Virus record (IMG/VR): IMGVR_UViG_2713896899_000004
Length of the DNA stretch: 38,860 nt
Reading direction: 5' to 3' (one strand)
DNA from: a virus
Lineage: Duplodnaviria; Heunggongvirae; Uroviricota; Caudoviricetes
This document shows positions 1-8,751 of the stretch, in pieces. A program made the position numbers and the translations under genes. The stretch's first letter is position 1. Each line of letters starts with the position of its first letter. The notes below the pieces were generated by a model that worked only from the letters and a program-made list of their open reading frames with translations, made no database searches and was not told the DNA's origin.

Positions 1-3
1 TAG

Positions 4-76
4 TCTAAAAACTAGTATTAAGACTATCACTTATTTAAGTGATATTGGTTGTCTGGAGATTCAGGGGGCCAGTCTA
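4..76. repeat. Left terminal inverted repeat (73 bp), perfect reverse complement of 38788-38860; contains internal 20-bp palindrome tatcacttatttaagtgata (25-44)
   Basis: Manual reverse-complement of the last 73 nt matches positions 4-76 base for base; match breaks at position 77 / 38787. Confidence 0.9.
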
Positions 77-109
77 GGTGCACAGGTTTGGTCGCCATCA
101 AGACAGGAG

Positions 110-322
110 ATGGTCGATGCGTTGGCCCCTGTTTATTACCTCGATTATTTTACTCCCTCTGGTTCTGGAAGTAGAACATATGATGTTGAGGCGGGATTGG
201 GAATCGACTATTACATAATGGACGTAACCAATGGGAAATACACAAGTCTTACGGTTTCTGGAAATACCATTTCATGGTCTGGAGCTAGTGGTAATTTAAA
301 CATATTGGTTTTTCAAAAATAA
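110..322 (+). CDS. Hypothetical protein, Gly/Ser/Tyr-rich
   Basis: ORF with strong RBS (caggag) 6 nt upstream of ATG, starting 34 nt inside the left TIR; TAATG overlap with next ORF. Confidence 0.5.
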   Translation: MVDALAPVYYLDYFTPSGSGSRTYDVEAGLGIDYYIMDVTNGKYTSLTVSGNTISWSGASGNLNILVFQK

Positions 323-930
323 TGTACGGAAGCAAGATATATCGATCTGACGGGAAGGTCTGGATGTCTCCTTCTTTGTCTCCTATCGTTTTTCAGAGAA
401 AGCAGGTTGTTTCTTTATCCGGCGGGACAGAGTTTAACACCCAAATATCTCCAGATCGTTCACCGATGATTTTTGTTGCCTATTCGAAAGCTGTTTCATT
501 AATAGCCAACAGAATAGTGCGTAACAACCAGGTGATTTACAGTTTCGGAGGTCAGGGTAGCGACTCTAGTGCCACGATATACGTATTTTCGAAAGGTATA
601 GCCAAAAAAGAAACTTGGGGCATGAGTTTTTTCAATGCACAAGGGGAGGAAATCTATAATACGGCAAATATCCCACTTTCATTTACCTTTCTTAATAATA
701 CGGAGTGGAACAGCTCTGGAGGGCATGTTTTTGATTACCCACCAGCGATAATCCCAACATATGCGAATGTGTTCGCTGTTCCAGTACCGGGCGGAGCCAT
801 GACAATGGTTTATGGATATGCGGCATATGGAAATACTGTTAGCTCGATATTCGTAAACCAACTTAATGGCGGCCATAGTTTTAGCGTAAATGGCAGAGTA
901 CCGGTAATAAATAGAAATCTGTATAACTGA
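322..930 (+). CDS. Hypothetical protein, Gly/Ser/Asn/Tyr-rich (beta-rich, fibre-like composition)
   Basis: 202-aa ORF translationally coupled to the upstream ORF; composition only, no motif recognised. Confidence 0.5.
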   Translation: MYGSKIYRSDGKVWMSPSLSPIVFQRKQVVSLSGGTEFNTQISPDRSPMIFVAYSKAVSLIANRIVRNNQVIYSFGGQGSDSSATIYVFSKGIAKKETWGMSFFNAQGEEIYNTANIPLSFTFLNNTEWNSSGGHVFDYPPAIIPTYANVFAVPVPGGAMTMVYGYAAYGNTVSSIFVNQLNGGHSFSVNGRVPVINRNLYN

Positions 931-937
931 TGAGTAA

Positions 938-1171
938 ATGATGAAAAGATTATTTCTAACAATAGCTGTTGTTCTCTCTCTTACTGGCTGCCAGAAATTG
1001 CCGACACCTATATGTTATGGTGAGGCTATCATTGGTGGACAGGAGACAGTCATACCCATATATGCTGTTAAAAAAGTGAACGACTATACCTTATACAAAG
1101 CGGGTAGCATCTATAACTGGCGATGGGTTGGAGTAGGTGCTTTCTCATCAGTCCGTTGCAATGCTGAATGA
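938..1171 (+). CDS. Small lipoprotein (signal peptide plus lipobox LTGC)
   Basis: N-terminus MMKRLFLTIAVVLSLTGC is a signal peptide with lipobox Cys; mature part about 58 aa. Confidence 0.5.
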   Translation: MMKRLFLTIAVVLSLTGCQKLPTPICYGEAIIGGQETVIPIYAVKKVNDYTLYKAGSIYNWRWVGVGAFSSVRCNAE

Positions 1172-1252
1172 TAGGTAAGTACACACCTACAACAAAAGGG
1201 TGAAATGTGATATAAATCCGCCATCCCGATTTGACTTTTCATGGAGGAAAAC

Positions 1253-1576
1253 ATGTCGAACGAGATGGCGGGCGTTACAACAGAGCAAGTTGAGCGTATT
1301 GCCGCGATCGTTGCTCGGGAGGTTGTTGGCAAATTAGGTAAAGAGCTACGTGAAGAAATTGGCCAGGAGGTCAATGATCAGCTGAAAACCTACTTTGGTG
1401 ATATGACCCCGGCGCAACATAGTATTCAACACTCCAATCTGGACAAACTCCTTAACCGGTTAGATTCCATCTCCAGTGGGTTCTTTGGCGGCATTGTTTC
1501 TAAAATAACGTCGTTCATTATTACTGCACTGCTTTTGGGGTTAGCCGCGTATGGCGTAAAAAATGGACTGCAATAA
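1253..1576 (+). CDS. C-terminally membrane-anchored protein upstream of lysis genes (possible holin or lysis regulator)
   Basis: Start placed at second ATG (1253), which has RBS ggagga 5 nt upstream; track ORF begins at 1241. Single C-terminal TM segment SFIITALLLGLAAYGV; overlaps next gene start. Confidence 0.45.
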   Translation: MSNEMAGVTTEQVERIAAIVAREVVGKLGKELREEIGQEVNDQLKTYFGDMTPAQHSIQHSNLDKLLNRLDSISSGFFGGIVSKITSFIITALLLGLAAYGVKNGLQ

Positions 1577-2282
1577 CAGGAGATCAAGGATGAAGACTCC
1601 GAGAGGCATTCGTAATAATAACCCCGGTAATCTTGATAAAGGATCACCGTGGCAAGGTCTGGTTGCGAATCCAGACGAACCGCGCTTTTGCACGTTTAAA
1701 GACCCTGTTTGGGGGATTCGTGCGCTGGCGGTGACTCTAATTACCTACCACGATAAACGTCGCGCAAAAGACGGCTCAAGTATCGATACCATTCGTGAAG
1801 TTATTGAACGCTGGGCACCGCCGAATGAAAACAATACTGACGCCTACATTAATGAGGTGTCTAAGGCCGTTGGTGTAACCGCAGACATGATCATCGATCT
1901 GCATGATTACGACATCCTTCGACCTTTGGTTGAGGCAATCATTCGCCACGAGAATGGCCAGGGTCCGCTAAAAACGCTGAACACCTGGTATGCGGCAGAA
2001 GTTATTGAGGAAGGTCTGCGTCGGGCTGGCGTTGTTAAGCCGGTGAAAACCGTGAAGGCTGTTCCTGTAACTAAAGAAACAGCAGGCGCAACTGTTACAG
2101 CAGGTATTGGTCTGGCGCAGCTGGCCGATGTTATGCCGCAGGTTTCCGCTGCTATGGATAAGGCACAAGGCCATATCTCTAGCGGGGATACAGTACGCAT
2201 CATCTTCGGTATTGCCACTATTGTTGTGGCAGGATTCATTGCCTGGTCACAGGTAAGAAAACACCAGAAAGGGATGGTCTAA
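1563..2282 (+). CDS. Putative endolysin / peptidoglycan hydrolase with C-terminal TM segment
   Basis: Position directly upstream of the Rz/Rz1 pair (1-nt gap) and overlapping the upstream membrane protein; conserved-looking N-terminus RNNNPGNL; C-terminal hydrophobic helix. Function inferred mainly from gene order. Confidence 0.4.
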   Translation: MDCNNRRSRMKTPRGIRNNNPGNLDKGSPWQGLVANPDEPRFCTFKDPVWGIRALAVTLITYHDKRRAKDGSSIDTIREVIERWAPPNENNTDAYINEVSKAVGVTADMIIDLHDYDILRPLVEAIIRHENGQGPLKTLNTWYAAEVIEEGLRRAGVVKPVKTVKAVPVTKETAGATVTAGIGLAQLADVMPQVSAAMDKAQGHISSGDTVRIIFGIATIVVAGFIAWSQVRKHQKGMV

Positions 2283-2283
2283 T

Positions 2284-2535
2284 ATGCTAGGCAGCCTGAT
2301 GACAAAGCTAAAAGTTGCTTTGATTACGCTGGCTGCCGTTCTTTTCGTTCTGGTCGGCGCTTACACGATGGGCGGGAATGCAGCACGACGAGCAATGGAA
2401 GAGAAGGCAAAACAGGAAGACAGAAAACGACTTCAAAGCACAGTGGACGTCAAAAATGAAACACTTGATGAGTTACGGCGCAAGGATGCTTCTTCTGTTC
2501 ATCATGAGTTGCACAATAAGTGGTTGCGTGATTAA
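2284..2535 (+). CDS. Rz-like inner-membrane spanin (i-spanin)
   Basis: N-terminal TM helix (LKVALITLAAVLFVLVGAY) followed by charged coiled-coil-like region; a lipoprotein ORF starts inside it in another frame. Confidence 0.55.
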   Translation: MLGSLMTKLKVALITLAAVLFVLVGAYTMGGNAARRAMEEKAKQEDRKRLQSTVDVKNETLDELRRKDASSVHHELHNKWLRD

Positions 2536-2686
2536 GCCTCAACCCGCTGGTGTGCTTTTCTGCGATGCGGCTACACCGCTATACATCAGTCGTGATGATC
2601 TCATGACCGAAGAGACTGAAAGAGAGATGCTTTTACACAATATGATAGGGGAGCGATTGTGTGGATGGGGCAGAAAAGTGCCATAA
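2456..2686 (+). CDS. Rz1-like outer-membrane lipoprotein spanin (o-spanin), overlapping Rz
   Basis: Frame +1 relative to Rz; lipobox ISGC with a short mature peptide; starts within Rz and extends past its stop. Start codon uncertain (2456, 2468 or 2486). Confidence 0.5.
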   Translation: MKHLMSYGARMLLLFIMSCTISGCVIKPQPAGVLFCDAATPLYISRDDLMTEETEREMLLHNMIGERLCGWGRKVP

Positions 2687-2863
2687 TAAAAGTGGAGTTT
2701 TCTAACATAAAATTTGCATATTATTAGAGCACAAGGTAGATTTGGCACATGGATGTCAAGCAAATCATACCTTGTTTTAATACATCGACGCATACTCGTA
2801 GCCTCTAAACTCTGACAAGAGTCGCCGCTATGACATTAAGTTAATACCGGCTAAGGTGGACAC

Positions 2864-3247
2864 ATGCTGAACGAAAAACGTTCTATACAAACAATTCGCG
2901 ATTGCACGAGTGTTATCGCAACCCATGTGCTGAATAAGCGCAAACTTGAGGTGCGTAAACTTAACAACGATGCGACAGCGCCAAAAGACACTCGCTTCAT
3001 CGTCACTTTCAAAGACGATGTTGAGAATGCTGGTGCCAGTGTAAAACCGTTGGCTGAAGCGATTTTCCTGAACGATCGTGTGCGTTTCATTGTGAAGCCA
3101 GCAAAACAATACCCTGAATTAGCACGGTTTAGTGATCAATTCTCTGAAATTATTGAGAGTGCAATTCGCCGCTTTCTTAATACTCATGGTAGCATTGTCA
3201 GCAATACAACTGCTGATGGTACTGCTCTAAGATGGCACCTACACTAG
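2864..3247 (+). CDS. Hypothetical protein
   Basis: ORF with RBS aaggtgg upstream of ATG. Confidence 0.5.
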   Translation: MLNEKRSIQTIRDCTSVIATHVLNKRKLEVRKLNNDATAPKDTRFIVTFKDDVENAGASVKPLAEAIFLNDRVRFIVKPAKQYPELARFSDQFSEIIESAIRRFLNTHGSIVSNTTADGTALRWHLH

Positions 3248-3984
3248 AACGCACATACTCTAAAAATCTTGATGAGTTTCCTCACCGTGGGGAAACTCGC
3301 GTTTCACGTTTTGGCTACCTCATCAACGAAGCATCGCTTTTCAAAATATCTGAAATAACCATCATCGAGCCTGATGATGATATCTGTCTGTATATCCTGA
3401 TGGAGAAAGTTGGAGCACGAGATCAGGGTGAACTGATGGACTTCATTCTGGACAGAGGCGAAGATGGAATGTCTGATTCAGACATTATTCAAGCTATTCT
3501 GCGTTCCGACATGCTCGATCAGAGCAGAAACACGATAGCAGGCAGAATTGCCTTGCGTGAATACACATTCATCGAGGATGGGGTAGAGATTGACTGCTAT
3601 CAGATTGCAGGTGTTGAAACAGAAAGAGCAATAAGGCAAAGGGGGCTGTGCAACCTCACGTATCGCTTCCTCCTTCATTGGTACGAACATCTTGTCTGTG
3701 ATTACAATCAGACCATCCCTGGCGCAAAAATTTGGGCCGGCCCATTAATGCGAACAGGTGATGTAAGAATTTACAACGCAAAAACTGAGACGTTCGAGGA
3801 TGTGTTAGGCGAGTATGGAATGGGAAAAGAAACCGGCTTTTTGCCGTGGAACAGAGGATTGTTGCTTGATCCAGAATTAAGCTCTTGGTTCCCAAACAAG
3901 GTGCAAGTTAACATTGAGAAATTTATCGTACTTATCATCTCCCGCAAAACAAGAACTCCAGTAGGTTTATACCTAAAAGATTAA
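3232..3984 (+). CDS. Hypothetical protein
   Basis: 250-aa ORF overlapping the upstream stop; followed by a terminator. Confidence 0.5.
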   Translation: MAPTLERTYSKNLDEFPHRGETRVSRFGYLINEASLFKISEITIIEPDDDICLYILMEKVGARDQGELMDFILDRGEDGMSDSDIIQAILRSDMLDQSRNTIAGRIALREYTFIEDGVEIDCYQIAGVETERAIRQRGLCNLTYRFLLHWYEHLVCDYNQTIPGAKIWAGPLMRTGDVRIYNAKTETFEDVLGEYGMGKETGFLPWNRGLLLDPELSSWFPNKVQVNIEKFIVLIISRKTRTPVGLYLKD

Positions 3985-3989
3985 AAATC

Positions 3990-4012
3990 AGGCGACTTTG
4001 GTCGCCTTTTTT
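3990..4012 (+). terminator. Rho-independent terminator
   Basis: Stem aggcgac / gtcgcct with loop tttg, followed by a T run. Confidence 0.6.
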
Positions 4013-4160
4013 GTTAACTGCCATTGATTCTCGCCTAAAAATTCTAAGGCAGCACCTACCATTTAACCTTTACACAGCAGCCGTAGGCATTTAGGCTATA
4101 TCACATATAAGAAAACAAGTTGTTTCAGACGATAATAATAGACGCAAAGGGAACTATCCA

Positions 4161-4829
4161 ATGACCAAGATCTTTGTGGTTGGCGGCACAAAGGGCGGGC
4201 CTGGCAAATCCACCGTTGCCCAGCAAATTGCCGTTTGCCTGAAAGTCAAAAAGAAGAAGAAGGTTTATGTCACCGATATAGATATTCAGCGCACGACAAC
4301 GAGCTGGTGTGAAGACCGTCGACAGAACGAAGATCTTGAGCTGATTCCTTTTGCATACGTACAAGATGACATCATTAAGCACCTAAAATCGCTTCAGGGT
4401 AGAGCTGAGTATGTAGTGGTAGATGCTGGTGGCTTTGACTCCGAAATTCAGCGACAAGCGATGCTGATGGCCGACATTATCATTATCCCGCTGCGTCCTA
4501 AGCGTCGTGATTTGAAATCTCTGCGTGACATCGATCCTATTATCGACAATGTTCGCAATGTAAACGATAAAGTGAAGGTCCGCGCGGTCATGAACCAGTG
4601 CCCGGCTTTGCCATCACAAGTATCTCGCATTCTGGCGGCTAAAGAGATTGTCGAGACGTTTGGCATCGAGTCTGCGCCTGTCAATCTATATAACCGCAAC
4701 GTCTACGATGATGCGGAAGAGGCTGGTCGTTCTATCTTTGAAATGACCGGTAGCGAGCGCGACAAAAAGGCGGAAGCCGAGTTTGAAGAATTTGTAGATT
4801 ATCTGTTGAGTCTGGAGGAAGAAGAATAA
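4161..4829 (+). CDS. parA: ParA/MinD-family partition ATPase (small type)
   Basis: Deviant Walker A GGTKGGPGKST near the N-terminus; 222 aa; translationally coupled (TAATG) to a small downstream ORF. Confidence 0.75.
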   Translation: MTKIFVVGGTKGGPGKSTVAQQIAVCLKVKKKKKVYVTDIDIQRTTTSWCEDRRQNEDLELIPFAYVQDDIIKHLKSLQGRAEYVVVDAGGFDSEIQRQAMLMADIIIIPLRPKRRDLKSLRDIDPIIDNVRNVNDKVKVRAVMNQCPALPSQVSRILAAKEIVETFGIESAPVNLYNRNVYDDAEEAGRSIFEMTGSERDKKAEAEFEEFVDYLLSLEEEE

Positions 4830-5188
4830 TGTCCATGAAAATGGGTGACCTAGCAAAGCGCAAAGAGCCTGATGCACCGGCTAAGAACACAACTCCTTTG
4901 CGCCAACCAGTCAGACCACAGGGACGCCCGACTCGTGGCAAAGAGAAAATTAAAAGCCGCACAATGTCACTGGAAGACGAATACTTCGAACTGCTGGAGA
5001 TGATGAAGTTCATCCCTCGTTTCGAGAAGTTCACTCGTTCTGACGTGATTCGCGCAGCCATTTTCCATCTGGCAGAGAAGTCACCGCAGGAAATCGAGGA
5101 CATCGTGAAACTGAACGAGGCGATCACAGCTGCCGATGTCACGATGCGTACCGATGAAATTAAACGCGAGTTAATGAAGAAAGGTTGA
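4829..5188 (+). CDS. Putative partition adaptor / centromere-binding protein (ParG/ParB-like partner)
   Basis: 119-aa basic N-terminus, coupled to parA; role inferred from operon position only. Confidence 0.4.
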   Translation: MSMKMGDLAKRKEPDAPAKNTTPLRQPVRPQGRPTRGKEKIKSRTMSLEDEYFELLEMMKFIPRFEKFTRSDVIRAAIFHLAEKSPQEIEDIVKLNEAITAADVTMRTDEIKRELMKKG

Positions 5189-5191
5189 AAT

Positions 5192-5212
5192 AAGGGAGGG
5201 TTCTCCCTTTTG
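5192..5212 (+). terminator. Rho-independent terminator after the par operon
   Basis: Stem agggag / ctccct with loop ggtt, followed by TTTT. Confidence 0.5.
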
Positions 5213-5221
5213 GGATATTAC

Positions 5222-5962
5222 ATGAATAAAAAATTTATATCGGTTGTGGTAGCAATACTGCTAGCTATAATTGCACTGCTGTTAATTTTTGTTTTTTATT
5301 TCCTTGATGCAACTATAGCTTCTTCATTAAAGTGGGCTGTCGGTATTGTAACGGCGTCTGTTATTTCACTTACTATAAAATCAATCTCCCAAATAGCTAA
5401 ATTACAAAATTTTTTATTAAATAATCCAATTGGCTTGTTTCTCAAGAGAAATTATGAAGAAGCCGAAGAGTTTAATCGAAAAATAGCTATGGTGGTGGCT
5501 AAAGTTACTCTGAGATTTCTGATAGTGATCGGTTATCTCACTGAGGGTACAAACAATAATGAAAAAGAGAAACAGAGTGCTAAGTCTAGACAAAAGACAG
5601 TCGTGGACTTGTATCTTCTTAACGAAAAGAAAAACCTCTTAAAAGGTAAGCTGGCAGGTTTGTTCATGGTTGTTATTTCTCTGGCTTATATAACATATTC
5701 AGACTCTTCAATATGGTTTATAGCCCCGGGGGTTATTGTTTTCTTTGTGAACTCAATGAAAGAAGAGGTTTTAACTTACAGAGTTAGAAAAGGTTTTTTT
5801 GGACGAAATGTAGATGAGGCTTTGCAATTAATTAAATTTATTCATGAAAATATCGATGATATAAATAATGATGGCAATGGTGGATCAAGAAGAATTTTAA
5901 ACAACAAAGAACAAGAAGTAAAAGAGTTTGTTATGGGGTGGAACGGTGAACAAAGTGCCTGA
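5222..5962 (+). CDS. AT-rich multi-pass membrane protein (accessory cargo)
   Basis: Start set at first ATG (5222) because the track's TTG start lies in the terminator hairpin. Four to five hydrophobic helices; visibly AT-rich codon usage compared with neighbours. Confidence 0.5.
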   Translation: MNKKFISVVVAILLAIIALLLIFVFYFLDATIASSLKWAVGIVTASVISLTIKSISQIAKLQNFLLNNPIGLFLKRNYEEAEEFNRKIAMVVAKVTLRFLIVIGYLTEGTNNNEKEKQSAKSRQKTVVDLYLLNEKKNLLKGKLAGLFMVVISLAYITYSDSSIWFIAPGVIVFFVNSMKEEVLTYRVRKGFFGRNVDEALQLIKFIHENIDDINNDGNGGSRRILNNKEQEVKEFVMGWNGEQSA

Positions 5963-6365
5963 ATTAGATGAAATTACTAAAAAATTGAACAAGGCACTTG
6001 ATGTTGTCTTGCTGAAATATCCTCAGCGCACTTCATTTGGCGTCCTTGTTGGTTTTATACTGGTAGTTTTAATTCACACCTTTCGCTTTGCTTTGACAGC
6101 TTATGGTGTATTTGTGGATTGGATGCACTATTTGTTTTGTGAAGTTGTAGGGGTCTTGGTTATGAATGCAAAGTCTATGTATGAGGCATTCAACGGCACA
6201 GCACTGGACGAACGTCTGGGCACTCTTATGAATGTAATTGATGCACGTAAAGATTTATCTAAGGCTCAAAGAGATTTGTTAATCTACGAAATCTTGAAAA
6301 ATGAAATTGATTCTTTATCCGCCAATCAAGTTGAACAAGTCGGTAAAAAAATAACTGACAAGTAA
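5928..6365 (+). CDS. AT-rich membrane protein, overlaps upstream gene
   Basis: Two hydrophobic helices; start codon uncertain (TTG 5928 or GTG 5946); followed by a large palindrome. Confidence 0.4.
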   Translation: MLWGGTVNKVPELDEITKKLNKALDVVLLKYPQRTSFGVLVGFILVVLIHTFRFALTAYGVFVDWMHYLFCEVVGVLVMNAKSMYEAFNGTALDERLGTLMNVIDARKDLSKAQRDLLIYEILKNEIDSLSANQVEQVGKKITDK

Positions 6366-6370
6366 TTCAA

Positions 6371-6429
6371 GAACCTGCTTCTGTATATAAATACTAAGTT
6401 ACTTATTATTATTTATACGGAAGCAGGTC
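6371..6429. repeat. Large imperfect palindrome (about 59 bp) containing an ATAAGT-type dyad
   Basis: ctgcttc...gtataaata arms mirrored around ctaagttacttatt; possible terminator or operator. Confidence 0.5.
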
Positions 6430-6545
6430 TTTTCTCTGCTGACTTCCCAGATACATTCCCTTCCGTTTCTACTTCCAAAAACTGCCACCAATCGCTATCA
6501 TCCGCTCATCGCGATAAGTAACTAACTACCTACCAGGTGAGCCAC

Positions 6546-7286
6546 ATGAGCCAAATCTTTTTCGATACCATCGACAACGACCAGTACGACTTCATGACAG
6601 AGTGGAATACCGCTGTTATGGACAAGTGGGTCGCTGAAAACATTGGTTTGTCGCGTTGCAAAGACGAGGCTGAACTCTTCGAGACAAAGTGGTTTGATTA
6701 CCGCGACATGCATCCTCTGATGGCCACCTGTCTTTTTACGGAGGCATACAAACGTCAGTACTCAAATATCATGCTGACGCACGGTCGCGAACACTTTGAA
6801 ACAGCTCCGTTCACCACCGGGTTAAAACGTCTGCCTTATCAGGAGTTGTCGACTGCCAATAAAACGTCGCTATGGAAAGCACGCCAGTTTGCTGACCGCT
6901 ATTGCTGCTCATACGACTACTTTATTTCCACCGTTCTTTCCGCAGCAGCACGACGTTTGTGGGACAAGTTGCCGCGCCCACAACATTTGTGGCAGCCAGA
7001 GTTGATTGAGATATTCGAAGAGAAATTAGCCAGACGCGCAACAACCCGTCTGGATGACTCTCTGGTTAGCTTTAAGCATATGGGAGACATGCAGTTCAAC
7101 CCGATTCAGGAAAGCTATTTTGAGTGGATTCTGGAGCGTTTACGCACCATCCCCCGCAGCAAGCGCATACGCGCAATTTTCTCCGCTATCTGGCTAATGG
7201 AAATCGTTCCAGAGCGCCTTATTTCCGCCCACTTTCCAGAAGAACTGGAAGAAGCACGGCGGTTTATTGATCCCCTATCTAATTAA
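6546..7286 (+). CDS. Hypothetical protein (first gene of the replication block)
   Basis: ATG at 6546 with RBS aggtga 6 nt upstream; 246 aa. Confidence 0.5.
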   Translation: MSQIFFDTIDNDQYDFMTEWNTAVMDKWVAENIGLSRCKDEAELFETKWFDYRDMHPLMATCLFTEAYKRQYSNIMLTHGREHFETAPFTTGLKRLPYQELSTANKTSLWKARQFADRYCCSYDYFISTVLSAAARRLWDKLPRPQHLWQPELIEIFEEKLARRATTRLDDSLVSFKHMGDMQFNPIQESYFEWILERLRTIPRSKRIRAIFSAIWLMEIVPERLISAHFPEELEEARRFIDPLSN

Positions 7287-7329
7287 CTAATACTAGAAAA
7301 CAATTTGTTTAAAAAACAAAGGAAAGCAC

Positions 7330-8670
7330 ATGACAGAACTTTGCCATACAGGACGCGGGCTGTCCGAAGAGTTTGATGAAGATTTCCAGAACAGACTGAC
7401 GGCATATTTTTGTCGTGATCACGAGTTTCTTACTCGTGCGGGAGATCTGGTTGTGCCTAGCCAATTTGCCAATGCGGCCAATGCCATATTGGTTAATATG
7501 GTTTCGGGCTATTACCGTATGTACAAGAGCGCGCCCTCTTCATCTGCAATTCTGGATATGCTTAAGCGTGCGAAACGCGATAAGACTATCCGTGAGGAAC
7601 TATTCGCCGATGTTGTTGCTGCGTTTAAGCGCATCCTTGCAGAAAAATTGTCCGATACCTCGTACATGGTTGACCAAGTATCAACCTTCGCAAAAAGCGT
7701 AGCGTTTGATGATGCTCTGATTAAGGCTGCTGAACTGAAAGAGAAGGGCGACTTTCAGGGGGCGATGGCAATCATGGCCAAGGTTCAGCAGATTGGATCG
7801 AACGAAGCGACCGGAATCTACGACTACTACACCTCCGCAAGTGAGCGATTGAAAGCGCGTGAATATGAGGCTTCAGAGGAGTATGTACCAAATAGTATTA
7901 CAACTGGACTCCCTCTGCTCGATAGGTTGCTGTACCAAAAAGGCTGGGCGAAGCGTGAAATGGTGCTCTTCATGGGGTTCGCTAAATCCGGTAAATCGAC
8001 CGCAATGGGTGAGTTTTCCATAAACGCAACGCTTGCTGGTTACAATGTTCTGTATCTCTCGCTGGAGGTTCACACCAACATTTTGTCCGACCGTTTTGAT
8101 GCAAGATTGTCGGAGACGGAAATGTCCAAGCTGGTGGAACGGCGCGATGAAGTTCATCGTAAGTTGGCAGAGTTGGGAGCCACTAAGGGGATTGGTAGTT
8201 TGTGGGTTGTTGAGCGTCCGTCAGGAAGTATGTCACCGGCAGATCTGGACCGTATGCTTAACAGTATGAAAGCCAATGGCATGGTGCCTGACATGGTTGT
8301 TGTCGACTACGCAGATTTGATGCGTGCCAGTTATGACCTTCGTGATGATCGCGCCAACATTCGTAGTATCTACACCGATTTACGTGCTCTTTATGACAAA
8401 CATAACGTTGCTGGGATCACGGCATCGCAGACAAACCGTGAAGGTGGCGCGTCAGAAGTTGCCACAATGATGCACGCTGCCGACAACATCGAAAAAGTAC
8501 GTATTGCTGACCTGGTAATAACGATCAACAAAACCGAAGAAGAAGAAGCGAAAGGAGAGGCTCGTCTCTACTTTGCTGGTTCACGTAACCAGCAGGGAGG
8601 GATCAGCATTCGCGTTAAACAAAACCTCGAACAAATGCGCTTCATTGAGCGAATCTTAGACGTTACCTAA
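7330..8670 (+). CDS. DnaB-like replicative helicase
   Basis: Walker A GFAKSGKST, Walker B VVVDYADLM, and ITASQTNREGG / RLYFAGSRNQQGG matching the DnaB C-terminal RecA-fold pattern. Confidence 0.65.
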   Translation: MTELCHTGRGLSEEFDEDFQNRLTAYFCRDHEFLTRAGDLVVPSQFANAANAILVNMVSGYYRMYKSAPSSSAILDMLKRAKRDKTIREELFADVVAAFKRILAEKLSDTSYMVDQVSTFAKSVAFDDALIKAAELKEKGDFQGAMAIMAKVQQIGSNEATGIYDYYTSASERLKAREYEASEEYVPNSITTGLPLLDRLLYQKGWAKREMVLFMGFAKSGKSTAMGEFSINATLAGYNVLYLSLEVHTNILSDRFDARLSETEMSKLVERRDEVHRKLAELGATKGIGSLWVVERPSGSMSPADLDRMLNSMKANGMVPDMVVVDYADLMRASYDLRDDRANIRSIYTDLRALYDKHNVAGITASQTNREGGASEVATMMHAADNIEKVRIADLVITINKTEEEEAKGEARLYFAGSRNQQGGISIRVKQNLEQMRFIERILDVT

Positions 8671-8751
8671 AAAATAAGCGTGGAGAACACCTCCACGCTT
8701 GATTCATTGGTGAAACAACTTTTCTTTTGCCAAACCACAAAAGAAAAACAC

